From IMG/VR virus record IMGVR_UViG_3300030329_001437, positions 1 through 55,390 of that record: DNA of 55,390 nucleotides; one strand, written 5' to 3'. Shown here piece after piece: positions 8,776 through 19,932 of the stretch. The notes under the pieces are model-generated. The model saw nothing but the letters and a program-made list of their open reading frames with translations. It was not told the DNA's origin and ran no database searches. Every line of letters begins with the position of its first letter. Position 1 is the first letter of the stretch. The translations under genes were made by a program, and so were the position numbers. This stretch comes from a virus. Lineage: Duplodnaviria > Caudoviricetes.

Positions 8776-10390
8776 AGATCAAACCGCATATAGTTATCAG
8801 GCTCCTGACCAATATATTTACAACCTCTTAACAGGGGGCGGTAATCGTTTTGGTCTACTTCCAGGAGTAGAACAGTATTACGCAAGTCAGTTCCAAAACC
8901 TAGGAGCTGCCGACAGTAGTCCATTTACTTATACAGGTGAGCGTATTGCAGATTTCTCTCCTAGAGAAAAACTTGCAATGGGAATGGCTGACACAGGTAT
9001 TGGTGCATTCCAACCTTATTTTAATCGTGCTGCAGGTTTAAGTGAAGAAGCCCTTGCTACGTTAGCAGGAGGAACTTCTGAAGCAAAAGCACAACTTTTA
9101 CGTTCTCTACAACAAGGAGAAGATTACACTCGTACAGGATTAGATAGAGCCGTAGGTGCAGAAGGCGAGTTTCGTGGCCAGTTGTCTGAGGCTGAACGCC
9201 TAGCTAGAGAAGGACAAGCACTTTCGGATCCGTATCTAAAAGAAGCGATAGGCGAAGCAAGAAGAAGTGTTTCAGATCAACAAGGTTATTTACAAGATGC
9301 ACAGGAGTACACTCGTGCTAGTACGGCAGGGTTTGATCCTTCTTCAATAAGTCAGTATATGGATCCGTATGAGGATCAAGTAGTTCAGCAAGCGATGAAA
9401 GATATTCGTGAATCGCAAGCTAAAAGCGATATTGGACGACGAGCTGGAGAAGTAGGACAAGGAGCTTTCGGAGGCGCAAGATCACGACTTACACAAGAAG
9501 AATCCGATCGTGTAACGGGTCGTGGCTTGATGGATGCTGTCTCTGGAATTCGTAGCCAAGGATTTCAAAGCTCACGAGATGCGGCTATGGGTGAGTTTGG
9601 AAGACAGCGCGGAGCAGAAGCTGCTGCCGCTGGAACTACAGCTGCATTAGGATCTCAAGCAGGAGGCGCAAGATCAGGATTGGCAGGACTTCTTTCCTCT
9701 ATAGGAGGTCAAAGAGGGGCTGGGATGGAAAGATTAGCTTCGAATGTTGCTGGTTTTGGGCAACAAGGGTACGGAGCAGGAATGGGCACTTCGGGGGCAC
9801 TTACGTCAGGAGGGCAACAGCTCTACGGCATGGGGACTGGGGCTTCTTCTGCGTTAAGTGGACTTGCAGGACAACTTGCTGGGGGACAACAGACTGGAGC
9901 AGGAGCAATGCAGGGTTATGCAGCGCAGCTTCCTGGATTAATGCAAGGCGATGTGTCTAATATGATGAATATAGGCGCAATGAACCGAGCCAGAAATCAA
10001 GCTCAGATGGATCTTAATTATCAGAATTTTGTAGGTCAGTACAACTTACCACAACAGCTTATGTCTGGTTACGCAAATTTCTTAACTGGTGCAGGGCCAC
10101 TGGCTGGTGGAACAGGATACTCAGGAACTACGCCACAAAATCCATATGGTACGACTGCAGGCACAGCAGGAGCATTTAACCCTTATGCGACCATGGGAGG
10201 ATATTTCGGTGGTGGAGGTTCAGTAGAGAAAGGCGGTAAGCCGATTCCTGAAGGAAATAAAGGATTAGCTTCCCTCGCTAATAAAGCACCAGACGTAGTG
10301 AGAAAAATGGGATTTAACCCCGCCAGAGCAATGCATGGAGGAATCGCGTCTCGTTTTCCAATGACTTCTCGTAAAATGAGGACTGGCTAG
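8768..10390 (+). CDS. Putative DNA ejection/internal virion protein
   Basis: Gly/Ala/Gln-rich helical protein with YMDPY and GAFGGAR motifs. Confidence 0.65.
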   Translation: MAEDQTAYSYQAPDQYIYNLLTGGGNRFGLLPGVEQYYASQFQNLGAADSSPFTYTGERIADFSPREKLAMGMADTGIGAFQPYFNRAAGLSEEALATLAGGTSEAKAQLLRSLQQGEDYTRTGLDRAVGAEGEFRGQLSEAERLAREGQALSDPYLKEAIGEARRSVSDQQGYLQDAQEYTRASTAGFDPSSISQYMDPYEDQVVQQAMKDIRESQAKSDIGRRAGEVGQGAFGGARSRLTQEESDRVTGRGLMDAVSGIRSQGFQSSRDAAMGEFGRQRGAEAAAAGTTAALGSQAGGARSGLAGLLSSIGGQRGAGMERLASNVAGFGQQGYGAGMGTSGALTSGGQQLYGMGTGASSALSGLAGQLAGGQQTGAGAMQGYAAQLPGLMQGDVSNMMNIGAMNRARNQAQMDLNYQNFVGQYNLPQQLMSGYANFLTGAGPLAGGTGYSGTTPQNPYGTTAGTAGAFNPYATMGGYFGGGGSVEKGGKPIPEGNKGLASLANKAPDVVRKMGFNPARAMHGGIASRFPMTSRKMRTG

Positions 10391-12729
10391 TGGCCGATAA
10401 TTTCGGATTTAATATAAACGCTGGTCTTGGAGAACTTTTTAAAGCTCCGAACGTAAACCCCGTAGCGAGTCGTCAGTTCGCCCCTGTACAACCTCTTAGG
10501 AGAAAAGAAAAAGACTCTAAGGACGCTATAACGGGGGCTATACTAGGAGCTATTGCCCCTGCTCTAGCTGAAGGCGGTGTCGATCTTTTAGGAAAACTTC
10601 CTGGATTAGAAAAAGTATTATTTCAGAAAGACCCTAAAGCCGCTGAAGAACTTGGAATCACTAGACCTGATGTTGGAGAAGATGCTGATGTGTTAAAAAA
10701 CGTTCGTAAACGATCCTTAGAGGGTCTTTTTAATGAAGGACGACCTCTAACTGACGATCAATATGAAGTGTTTGAAGATAGTGGACTTCTTAGAGATTTA
10801 AGAATTGGCACAGAGGTTGGTATAGATCCTGTTGCAGCAGAAAATTATAAAAGAAAACAACTTGTTGATAAACTTCTTCCTGAAGGCAAACTCCCTAGAC
10901 AAAAAACTTTTCTTGGAAAAGCTCTAACAGAAGGATTAACTTATTTACCTGCTTTAGCCGCTGACGAAGGAGTAAGTGAGTTTATTACTACCGCATCAGG
11001 TACTAAAAAAGTACAAGGAGCGTTAGAAGATACTAAACTTAAAAATTACTTAACAAATATACGAGAGCGTGGTAAAGCTCTAATTGATATAAAAGACTTT
11101 GAACGAAAAACTAGTCATAGTGCAGTGCTTCAAGAAGACGGGACATTCCAACCTATTCAAAGAGAAGTTTTAATATCCCCTGATAAAAATACTCGTTATG
11201 TCATAAGTCAGGGGAATCCTAAAGTAGATTTCGTTTTAGATGAGTTAGGTAAACGTCATACAGTACCCGCAGGTAAAAAGTTTATTCGTGAAGATTTATC
11301 TTTATCTGATACAGAACCTGGAAAACCCAACGATGTAAAATTACTGGCTACAGCAGGGCCAAATAAAGGACTTATTGGGTTCGGTTACGTTCAATACTCT
11401 ACAGGCCCAGAGGGACGTAAAAGTCGTATTGTGTTTAGAGACCCGCTTAACCGTGACGGAGATGACGAAGAAAAAACTAAAGCGTACTTAGATAAAAAAT
11501 ACGGTGATAACTGGGTTCCTTACGACCAAGAATTAGCTGATCTTATGAACGCGGTTAGTGAAACTAAAACAGATCCTCGATTGACATCAATGTACGAAGG
11601 CCGTAGAGATAAAGAAATAGCTTTATTAACAGTAGCTAATGTGGCTTCTGAATTATTACCTATTACGATAGCTGGCGAAAAAGATGCATCTTTACTAACA
11701 GGTGTAGGAAAAGGAGCCAGTATGCTGACTAAATTAAACGAAGAAGTAAAAGGTTTATACAGTATTTTCGAAAGAACTGGTAGATCGGTAGGAGATATTG
11801 TATATCAGCAAGCAGCTAATCCTCAAACAGCGATTAGTATGAACAATCTTCTTTTAGCTAGTAACGCTTACAGTGCAGCAATGTCTCAAGGAACTCCGCA
11901 ACAAAAATCAGATGCAACCGACAATCTTATTAATGCGTTACAACTAGTCCAGAAAAATGCAAAAGCCGAAGGACAAATAGACGATTTCACTGCGATGGAT
12001 CTTAGAGCTGATAAATTTAGAGAAATTTTATTGGCTCAAGGAAAGTTACAAGCTGGACAATTACGATTAGCTTATGCCGCTGCTGCTGCTGATGGTCAAA
12101 CTGGAACTTCTCTTTCTGATGCAGATATTACAAATTATTTAGCTCAACTTGGGTTTGGTTTAAACGATGCACAATCTATAGGATTGAAAATAGCTGGTTT
12201 CGTAAAAAACAGTTTTCAAACTTTTGACGGAGGAGAGTTTAGACTATACGCTAATACTTCAAGAACTCATGATCCGTTAATTGATATTGCAGTACAAGAT
12301 GACTTGATTGCAGGGGCTTTTTTGAATGAAAGTACCGATGATCTTAAAGCGTTAAGAGACCCAGAAAAAACGCAAGCGGAAAAAGAAGAAGCAGCAAGTA
12401 GGATTAGAAAAAGAATTGCTTCAAAAGCTCCTAATGCTGTAGGTGATTTCTTTTACGATAGAGAAAATCAACGTTTTCGTTATATAACGATATTAGAGCG
12501 ACTAGGTAAACTAGCAGAGTCTGACCATATTGGTTATAAACTGCTCTATGACAGGTATTTCGGAAAACCAAACGCGAAAGGTGTTCGGACAGGAGGCTTA
12601 TTCCAGCACTATGGAATTACTGAAGACGAAATAAACCTTGTATCAGACCCTGAATCGGTGGGTGTTGACGGTCGTATAATAGATCAACCACCCAGTGGAT
12701 TCAAATTAAGAATTCGACAACCACTATAA
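10390..12729 (+). CDS. Putative internal virion protein
   Basis: 779-aa ORF in a translationally coupled run after the tail genes. Confidence 0.55.
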   Translation: MADNFGFNINAGLGELFKAPNVNPVASRQFAPVQPLRRKEKDSKDAITGAILGAIAPALAEGGVDLLGKLPGLEKVLFQKDPKAAEELGITRPDVGEDADVLKNVRKRSLEGLFNEGRPLTDDQYEVFEDSGLLRDLRIGTEVGIDPVAAENYKRKQLVDKLLPEGKLPRQKTFLGKALTEGLTYLPALAADEGVSEFITTASGTKKVQGALEDTKLKNYLTNIRERGKALIDIKDFERKTSHSAVLQEDGTFQPIQREVLISPDKNTRYVISQGNPKVDFVLDELGKRHTVPAGKKFIREDLSLSDTEPGKPNDVKLLATAGPNKGLIGFGYVQYSTGPEGRKSRIVFRDPLNRDGDDEEKTKAYLDKKYGDNWVPYDQELADLMNAVSETKTDPRLTSMYEGRRDKEIALLTVANVASELLPITIAGEKDASLLTGVGKGASMLTKLNEEVKGLYSIFERTGRSVGDIVYQQAANPQTAISMNNLLLASNAYSAAMSQGTPQQKSDATDNLINALQLVQKNAKAEGQIDDFTAMDLRADKFREILLAQGKLQAGQLRLAYAAAAADGQTGTSLSDADITNYLAQLGFGLNDAQSIGLKIAGFVKNSFQTFDGGEFRLYANTSRTHDPLIDIAVQDDLIAGAFLNESTDDLKALRDPEKTQAEKEEAASRIRKRIASKAPNAVGDFFYDRENQRFRYITILERLGKLAESDHIGYKLLYDRYFGKPNAKGVRTGGLFQHYGITEDEINLVSDPESVGVDGRIIDQPPSGFKLRIRQPL

Positions 12730-15700
12730 TGACACAAGTAACTCAATTACCTTCTATTTTTCAAACGCAAGATTTTGTTAATTGGAGTAATTCGTTAAAA
12801 AAAGAACCTCCAATAAGAACAGATGAAGCGGGTAACGAACTAGCAAGGTCTAACTACACCATTGGAGAAATATTAGCTGACGACCCTGTTCGGCTTGAAT
12901 CGTTTCTACAGTCTGAATATATATTGCAACAAGCAGAACAAGGTAATGAAGAAGCTCTTTCTTTACGAGATAATCTTGATATAGATACAGCAAACGCAAT
13001 GCAAGACTACTTAGGACGTTATGTCTACGATATACAAGAACTTACTCCTATGGAGCCTCTTAAAACACAGCCTACACAGCGTCAGATTCCTATTCCTGGA
13101 AGAACAGCTGCGACAGTGATTCCTGTAGTTTCTGATGAAACTGATTATTCAGGACTTACTGAATCTTTAATGAGTGAGGAAGATAGAAAAGAGCTGGCAG
13201 ACTTCGGACTTAATCCCAACCGTATCTTTGATAAAGATAACGAAGATAAATGGTCTAGATATCTGCTTTCAATTCCTGAAATACTTAGTACAGAACAAAT
13301 TGAAACAGGGGAAACTGTATCTTTCCCAGACGCGGTAAAGGCGTTGTTGCCTAATAAAGATGATCCTTGGAGAGCTAAAGCAGCTTTCTTTCCTATAGAA
13401 ATGACTCCTTTCGAAGCTGAAAGGCTTCTACAAAATGACTTTCCCAATATAAAAGCTAGATATATAAACCCACATGATCCTGGAATGGGGATTGCAGTAT
13501 CTGTTCCTAAAGAAGGAGCAACTGCAACAGTAGGCCCAGATGGAAGAGTAGTTCCCGCTGAAAAAGAATGGGTTGCTTTACGGCCTCAGTTCGGATATGA
13601 GATGTTAAGTGAAGAAGTCCTTACCGCAATCGCCCAAGAAATGACAGGAATCATGATGGAAGGCGGTATGTATAAAGGACTGCAAAAAATATTTAAACGA
13701 GGTCTAAGAGAAAGCGGGGAATATCTTGCTAGACAAGGTTCTATTCCAGGAAAACTAGGTCGAGGAATGCTGTCTGCGGGGGCTATAGGAATCTCAGCAG
13801 GTATGGGAAGATTTTTACAACTAGCATACGGTAAAGGTGCTGGTATCAATAATATTGATGCGAAAAGAGCTTTTGAGGATGCAGGGTTAGCCACCGCTTT
13901 AGCAGGATCTAGTGCCGCAGTAATTGGCTCTACTATGGGTCTTTTATCTTCAGGTTGGGGTGCGCTCACTGGCTCTAATATACCAAAAGAACTTTTAGCT
14001 GAAATACAATCTACGATTGGTAGAGTAAAAACCGCTAAAAAACAACCTGAATTTTCTAATGAGGAATTAGTAGAAAGAACTAAAACTGCAGCACAAGCAG
14101 TTGGTGAAGGTTTAAGTGACGTTGATCGAGCTACTCCTCAAACATCTTTACGATATCAACCTACTCTAGGAGAAGAAACTCAAAGTGATTTCCTCAAAGC
14201 ATTAGAAATAGAGCTTTTTAGTGCTGTTTATCCTACAGATAAAGGCCGACAACTATATGATGCTATTTATGAAAACAATGCAGAAGTAACAGAACTTTTT
14301 TGGAAAGAACTTCAAAAAGACGCAGACTTAATACCTGAAGGAGTGACTTTTGCAGACTTCCAGGATTTTTTCAAAGCACAGCGGGAAGCCTATGTTAGCC
14401 GAGCGAGAGAGGCTGCTGAACTAAGAAAAATTGAACTTGAAAAAGGAGTTAAATTAGAAGACCTTCTTACAGACGAAGATCCCTTAGAAATGCTTACAGT
14501 AGACGAGCTAGGCTCAACTTTCAGACGAGGCGTTGAGGGTGGGGGAATTGTTTATAAACGAACTAGTCCTGAGTTTCTTAAAATATATGACGACCAGTAT
14601 GTCGCAGCTAGGGACGAAGTAGGTCGACAAGTAGATAAATTAGCTAATATAAAATATGATGAGGCAGGTCAGTCTAGTGAGCTGATTCAGCCTACATTCC
14701 AGAGTATATTCGGTGTAGGAGACGCTTCTGATCAAATTATTAGAGATTTGGGAGATGTTGAAGCTTCCGCTGAAATAAAGAAACTGATGCCTATGCGTGA
14801 CGGTATTAGTGCTGTTAGGCAACTAATAGGTTCTTTGAAAGATAAAGAAGGAAATGAAATTCCTTTAACCGATTATAATTACGGACAGTTGACAGGAATG
14901 TATAATTCTTTAAACACTTTGTTCATTTCTAATCCTAGTCGTGCCGTAAGAACCTCAGTAGATAAACTAAGAACCGCTGTTGAAACCCAGATGGACGATC
15001 TTCTTACAGTAGAGGCGAGAAGAAGATTACAAGCAAAAGAAATTTTTAGTCCGACTCCTGAGCAACTTCAAAAAGAATTAACGACTCTAGTAGGGCCGCT
15101 TAGAGAAGCGCAACAAAAACTTATGGCTTTTTCTGAGGGAATTGAACGTAAATGGTTGAAAGAATTTGTTGCGAAAGATCCTATAGAGATGGCTAACACT
15201 ATTTTATCTTCATCACCTAAACAAGTAACAGATCTATTAGATCAAATCTATAAATCCCCTGATTCGATTGTTCGACTAGGCAACCTTAGACAAATGGTTA
15301 TTGAGAATATTCGCACAACGATGGGCAACATGCCTTTGAAAGAACAAAATATAGCGTGGAAAGAATTCCTAGAAGAAAACGAAGGACAATTAAAAGCCTT
15401 ATTTCCTGAGTCTGATTTTTTAAAACTTACAGATTTCAGTAAAGTACAAGATGAAGCTCTGCAAGAGATTAACAGAGTTACTGAAAGTATGAAAGAATTA
15501 CAAGAAGAATTAGGTCAATCCCCTGTTAATTTTATTAAAGACTTCTTATTAGCTGGAAAGTCTGGAAGAGCTACTGGTGAAGTAGATATGAAATTAAATG
15601 ATTTGCGTAAGTTTATTGACCAGAACCCAGAAGTGCAGCCTTATGTGAATGCTTTAGTTAAAAATTTCATGCGAGATAATTTTGAGATGATGAGGCTTGA

Positions 15701-16310
15701 GGAAGGCAATATTTTTGAAACAGGGGCGTTTAAACAAAACGAGTTCATTAGTTTTATAGATGAACAAATGAAACCTGGAGCTGAAGGCACTCAAAAACTA
15801 GGTCTTCTTTTCGGAAAATTAATGGGTAGAGAAGAAGGAATGCAATATGCTAAAGATCTAAGGATGCTGGGTAAAATCTTAGATCGTGGTGTTAACCGTA
15901 GTCCTAGGGGTCGATTGGCTCAAGGATTAGTAGGCAAACAATCAATCGAAGATTATTTAGAAGAATCAACATACGCTATAAAGTTTTTTATTCCTCCTCT
16001 AACTCAAACAGGCCGAAGAATCACAGCTTTTATGTTAGGGTTTCGTCAGAAAGCAAGAAGCGATATTCTTGAAATATTAGCTGACCCTTCAAAAATAAAA
16101 CCTTTGATGGATAATCTTGACAAACAGATTTCGCGTCGAGAGTTTTTTAAAATTATCGGTGGTTTAGCTGCAGGTAGACAAGTGAATATTGGAAGTGAAA
16201 CTGAAGAAGATAAGTATGATAGAGCTGTTAAATCAGTGCGAGGGGAAGCTAAAGGAATTCTTGATGTGCTTGAAGAAGCGTTTAGCCAGCCTGTGGATGT
16301 AACATTATGA
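12729..16310 (+). CDS. Large putative internal virion/ejection protein
   Basis: 1193 aa, helical, with Gly/Ala-rich hydrophobic segments near aa 345-410. Confidence 0.6.
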   Translation: MTQVTQLPSIFQTQDFVNWSNSLKKEPPIRTDEAGNELARSNYTIGEILADDPVRLESFLQSEYILQQAEQGNEEALSLRDNLDIDTANAMQDYLGRYVYDIQELTPMEPLKTQPTQRQIPIPGRTAATVIPVVSDETDYSGLTESLMSEEDRKELADFGLNPNRIFDKDNEDKWSRYLLSIPEILSTEQIETGETVSFPDAVKALLPNKDDPWRAKAAFFPIEMTPFEAERLLQNDFPNIKARYINPHDPGMGIAVSVPKEGATATVGPDGRVVPAEKEWVALRPQFGYEMLSEEVLTAIAQEMTGIMMEGGMYKGLQKIFKRGLRESGEYLARQGSIPGKLGRGMLSAGAIGISAGMGRFLQLAYGKGAGINNIDAKRAFEDAGLATALAGSSAAVIGSTMGLLSSGWGALTGSNIPKELLAEIQSTIGRVKTAKKQPEFSNEELVERTKTAAQAVGEGLSDVDRATPQTSLRYQPTLGEETQSDFLKALEIELFSAVYPTDKGRQLYDAIYENNAEVTELFWKELQKDADLIPEGVTFADFQDFFKAQREAYVSRAREAAELRKIELEKGVKLEDLLTDEDPLEMLTVDELGSTFRRGVEGGGIVYKRTSPEFLKIYDDQYVAARDEVGRQVDKLANIKYDEAGQSSELIQPTFQSIFGVGDASDQIIRDLGDVEASAEIKKLMPMRDGISAVRQLIGSLKDKEGNEIPLTDYNYGQLTGMYNSLNTLFISNPSRAVRTSVDKLRTAVETQMDDLLTVEARRRLQAKEIFSPTPEQLQKELTTLVGPLREAQQKLMAFSEGIERKWLKEFVAKDPIEMANTILSSSPKQVTDLLDQIYKSPDSIVRLGNLRQMVIENIRTTMGNMPLKEQNIAWKEFLEENEGQLKALFPESDFLKLTDFSKVQDEALQEINRVTESMKELQEELGQSPVNFIKDFLLAGKSGRATGEVDMKLNDLRKFIDQNPEVQPYVNALVKNFMRDNFEMMRLEEGNIFETGAFKQNEFISFIDEQMKPGAEGTQKLGLLFGKLMGREEGMQYAKDLRMLGKILDRGVNRSPRGRLAQGLVGKQSIEDYLEESTYAIKFFIPPLTQTGRRITAFMLGFRQKARSDILEILADPSKIKPLMDNLDKQISRREFFKIIGGLAAGRQVNIGSETEEDKYDRAVKSVRGEAKGILDVLEEAFSQPVDVTL

Positions 16311-17764
16311 AAATACAAGTATACGAAGCACCTATGCCTACTATTGAGTCTCCCGTAGAAATGTCTGACGGTGGCAATGTTAAATCTCGCAAGATGTTTA
16401 GAGGAGGCATAGGGGGTTACGAACTTCCTGAAAATCTGCAAGAACTTATTGGTTATGCCCCAGATAAAAAAATCACTACGGAACAAAACTTAAACCCTGT
16501 AACAATAGATGAAACAGGGTTAACTCTTTCACCTGCTCAAACTGCACAGGAAGTCAGAGCAACAATACCGCCTAAACCTAAAAGAAGCGATCCTAAATAT
16601 CAGTTTGGACCATGGTCAGGTAAAAAAGGCATGGACGCCTATAAACGTGATTTATATCATTGGACAGAAAACTATGCTGGTCCAGGAACCATCGAGATTC
16701 CTGAATTTCCTGGGTCTGGACAAAACGTACCTGTAGACACTTCTGATCAAACTGAAACTACGGAAACAGTCCCAGCAGAAGAAGTAGTACAGCAAACTGT
16801 TGAAGAATTAATTGCAGAAGGAACACTTACCCCTGAACAAATACAAGGGTTGATAGATGAGGGAGGTTTAACAAAAGAAAATGTTCTTTCTATATTAGAA
16901 GGAGGTTTTCAGTTTTCTGAAGAACAATACGCTCAACTTTTTGAACAAGGACTGTTAACACGGGATGAGATTGCAACTCTTGTAGACGAGGCTATTGCAG
17001 CTTCGCAAGAAACAGGAGAGACGGAACTTAGCGAAGAAGAAATTGCAGAAATTGCAGCTAGTTCTGGCATGACTGAAGATCAAATAAACGAGCTTATCTC
17101 TCAACAGATTGGCGGTCAGGACATGAGCCAATTTGTAACGCAGCCTCAGTTACAAGAACAAATTTCAGGACTAGAAGGACTGTTTCAGAACTATCTAACA
17201 CCTGAACAGCTACAAGGCTATTTAGACGAGCAAGGAGCTGGTTACGATCAAACGATTCAAGAACTTCAAGGTAAACTAGGCACGTTGGAACAACAGTATC
17301 AAGACGTAACTTCTCAGTACGAAGCAGATGCGGTACAAAACCAAATCGATCAAACTAAAGATGATCTCAATACTTATTTTGCTAGTGCTGCTCCTACTGG
17401 TCCACGAACAGGATCTACGTCACAGTTTAAATCTGGGGCTTCATTCCTTCCTGGAGGTAGCCCGATGGCTAACTTAATAGGGATGCAGAGAGAAGGACAA
17501 GGACAAGACCCGTTTAGCACTTACTTAAAAACATTTACCCCTAGTTATTCGGATTATGATGCACCGTTTACTGCAGAAGAGTATGGTAGTCGAAACCAAC
17601 CACTTCTAGGAACACAGTATTCTAACCCGTTTACTGGTGGAGCTTCCTACACCGGAGCGAACGGTGGACAAGTTTCATCCAACGGAATTATGGATCTCAC
17701 GAACTTTGATACGAATGTTCAACCTTTTCAAAATGCTTTTAGACCGAATAAACCAAGGACGTAA
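16307..17764 (+). CDS. Acidic Gln/Glu-rich putative virion protein
   Basis: 485 aa with short LTxEQ-type helical repeats and GG motifs. Confidence 0.5.
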   Translation: MKIQVYEAPMPTIESPVEMSDGGNVKSRKMFRGGIGGYELPENLQELIGYAPDKKITTEQNLNPVTIDETGLTLSPAQTAQEVRATIPPKPKRSDPKYQFGPWSGKKGMDAYKRDLYHWTENYAGPGTIEIPEFPGSGQNVPVDTSDQTETTETVPAEEVVQQTVEELIAEGTLTPEQIQGLIDEGGLTKENVLSILEGGFQFSEEQYAQLFEQGLLTRDEIATLVDEAIAASQETGETELSEEEIAEIAASSGMTEDQINELISQQIGGQDMSQFVTQPQLQEQISGLEGLFQNYLTPEQLQGYLDEQGAGYDQTIQELQGKLGTLEQQYQDVTSQYEADAVQNQIDQTKDDLNTYFASAAPTGPRTGSTSQFKSGASFLPGGSPMANLIGMQREGQGQDPFSTYLKTFTPSYSDYDAPFTAEEYGSRNQPLLGTQYSNPFTGGASYTGANGGQVSSNGIMDLTNFDTNVQPFQNAFRPNKPRT

Positions 17765-17769
17765 TTATT

Positions 17770-18195
17770 ATGATGCCTATTAACCCACCAGAGAATAGAT
17801 TAGATCAAATGAGAGCCGCTATGCCTCAGAACACGGCCCCTATGCCTATGGGAGGCAACCAAACTCCCTTGAATACTCCCCCCGTAGGCTCTATGCCTCC
17901 TCCCCCACCTGCAGGGGGAGGCGGTCCTCAAATGGTTTCAGCCGCGCCTATGGGAACTGACGCTATGCCAGCAGAGGACAACACCCGTTTAGATGATCTT
18001 TTAGGTTCTGTTGCAAGCGAAGAAATGATGACTCCTGAAGAGATAGCGATGGAAGGAGAAGCTGGTTTAGATATAGCAGGAGGCCTCGCAGAAGCCGCTT
18101 TGAATTTTTCTGGGTCTATTTCTGGTGCTAAAGCAGAATTAGAATCAGCGTTAGCTCAACTAGATGCAATGGAGATGGCAGAAGGACTAGCGTAA
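17770..18195 (+). CDS. Hypothetical Pro/Met-rich acidic protein
   Basis: Last ORF of the virion run; its 3' end overlaps the convergent helicase by 9 nt. Confidence 0.55.
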   Translation: MMPINPPENRLDQMRAAMPQNTAPMPMGGNQTPLNTPPVGSMPPPPPAGGGGPQMVSAAPMGTDAMPAEDNTRLDDLLGSVASEEMMTPEEIAMEGEAGLDIAGGLAEAALNFSGSISGAKAELESALAQLDAMEMAEGLA

Positions 18196-19629
18196 CCAGT
18201 CTTGCCACTTATCATCTCCTAGAACTTCCTGAGCAAGATCTAGTTTATTTCTGAGAGCGTCGACAATCTTCTCGTCTATCGTGTCTTTTGCTACAAGGTC
18301 AACGTAAGTTACTTTATTAGTCTGACCAATACGGTGCGCTCTATCTTCTGACTGTAAGCGTTTCTCTAAGTCAAAATTATTAGAGTAATAGATTACATTT
18401 TGTGCTTGAGTCAGTGTAATCCCGTAGCCTCCTGTCTGTGTGTTTCCTACGAAAAACCGTAACGGGGACTCAGGGTCTTGAAAATCTCTAATAACACGTT
18501 CACGTTCATCAGGATGAGTATCTCCGAAATAAGAAGATACAGCTTGAGTGCCAAATATTTCATGTAGACTCTGTACTATCTCTATGATGTTTTGTCGATA
18601 GTTTGCCCAGATTATTATCTTTCCTTGCATCTCTGAAATTACTTCGAACAATGAATCAATACGATTATTGTCTATAGGGATGTCCTTGTCGTCATCGCTC
18701 TTGACGTGGCCGCATACTATCTGATGAAGTCTTAATAACTGTGTAAGTATGTTCGTAACAGAAATCTGTTCCTGATCTTCTAAGATCGTGATTGCATGTT
18801 CTTTTAGTTCGTTATAGAGCTTCTTCTGTTCCGATGTCAGTTCTACATCTCTACGCTGATAGACTTTATCAGGTAAGTCTAGGCAGTCTTTCTTCAATAC
18901 CCTGAAGGAAAACTTATCTAGTTTCGTGGTTAGTTCATCTAGGTTTCTAAACCCTACAACCTGTTTCACTGTTCTCCCTCCGAAGTACCGATTAACAACC
19001 TCACCGTAATGATTCTGAAAAGAATAGAAAGAACTAAACCCTAGCAGATTTCTCTCTAGGGTCTCTGTCTGGCTATACAGGTCTAGTGGTGATTGAGTTA
19101 TTGGAAACCCTGTCAGTATTCTTCTAAACTTAGCGTCTTTACTAAGTTTTATGATTGCCTTAGTTCTGGCAGCTTTCGGGTTCTTAATTGTCGTTGATTC
19201 ATCAACCGCGAACATTGTTAAGTGACTGAAGATAAACTTCTCAGTGAACGTCACTCCTTTCTTTGAGCTAAACGCCTCTACATTTATGACCAGGATCTTT
19301 AACTTATCCATTACGTCAAACAATGCGGTTAGATCTTCTTTCTCTTTTTTACGAGGACTAGGCGACCAAACGGCTACATGACGATCTATGTAGTCAGGAA
19401 GGTGCGCAGGGATCTCCCTAGAAGCCCAGTTTTTATAGACTCCTTTAGGAGCAACAATAACCGCTCCGTTGATGGCTCCTTTACCGTAAAGTATGCCAAT
19501 CGTATCAATTAAGACTTTCGACTTCCCCGTACCCATCTCCATAAACAATGCATACTTCTCTTTTTTCCATGAGCGAAGCAACGCAGTGCGTTGATGTTCA
19601 AACGGTTCAGTCTTGAATTCGTATTTCAA
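18187..19629 (-). CDS. SNF2-family (SF2) helicase
   Basis: MEMGTGKS, VDES, LTGFP, GGYGITL and QSEDRAHRIGQ motifs; TTG start with AAAGGA RBS. Confidence 0.92.
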   Translation of the reverse strand: MKYEFKTEPFEHQRTALLRSWKKEKYALFMEMGTGKSKVLIDTIGILYGKGAINGAVIVAPKGVYKNWASREIPAHLPDYIDRHVAVWSPSPRKKEKEDLTALFDVMDKLKILVINVEAFSSKKGVTFTEKFIFSHLTMFAVDESTTIKNPKAARTKAIIKLSKDAKFRRILTGFPITQSPLDLYSQTETLERNLLGFSSFYSFQNHYGEVVNRYFGGRTVKQVVGFRNLDELTTKLDKFSFRVLKKDCLDLPDKVYQRRDVELTSEQKKLYNELKEHAITILEDQEQISVTNILTQLLRLHQIVCGHVKSDDDKDIPIDNNRIDSLFEVISEMQGKIIIWANYRQNIIEIVQSLHEIFGTQAVSSYFGDTHPDERERVIRDFQDPESPLRFFVGNTQTGGYGITLTQAQNVIYYSNNFDLEKRLQSEDRAHRIGQTNKVTYVDLVAKDTIDEKIVDALRNKLDLAQEVLGDDKWQDWLR

Positions 19630-19723
19630 GACTCTATTCCTTTCTAAGTTCTAATAGAGAGTATAATTAATAATATATGAAAAAGAAACTTTATTTCCTG
19701 AGAAAAAGCCCCTTACTAATATT

Positions 19724-19863
19724 ACTAATATATTCTATTACTTTCCTCTTCCTGTTTTTCCCTTACGTCTCAACAGCTTAGAGCTGAGTTATTACTTCTA
19801 TTATTCTATTAGTCTTCTTTTACGAAATTTTTTAAAATTTTTTTATTTTAAAATCAAGTAATA
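19724..19863 (-). repeat. AT-rich TAATAG-box element, copy A (inverted relative to 40462..40604)
   Basis: Reverse complement of 19790-19814 matches 40511-40535 at 24/25 nt; flanking boxes have conserved spacing. Confidence 0.8.
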
Positions 19864-19876
19864 CAATAAATTCCGC

Positions 19877-19906
19877 TTTACTTACCAGCCCGACCTCGTA
19901 TAAAGT
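19877..19906 (+). promoter_or_regulatory. Sigma70-like promoter
   Basis: TTTACT-N18-TAAAGT; member of the repeated CTTTAC promoter family. Confidence 0.65.
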
Positions 19907-19932
19907 TTTTACCTATAAAGGAGAAATTAGAA

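Noticed and set aside
18187-18195. Terminator between the convergent virion and helicase units
   Set aside because: The genes overlap by 9 nt and no convincing hairpin with a U-tract is visible.
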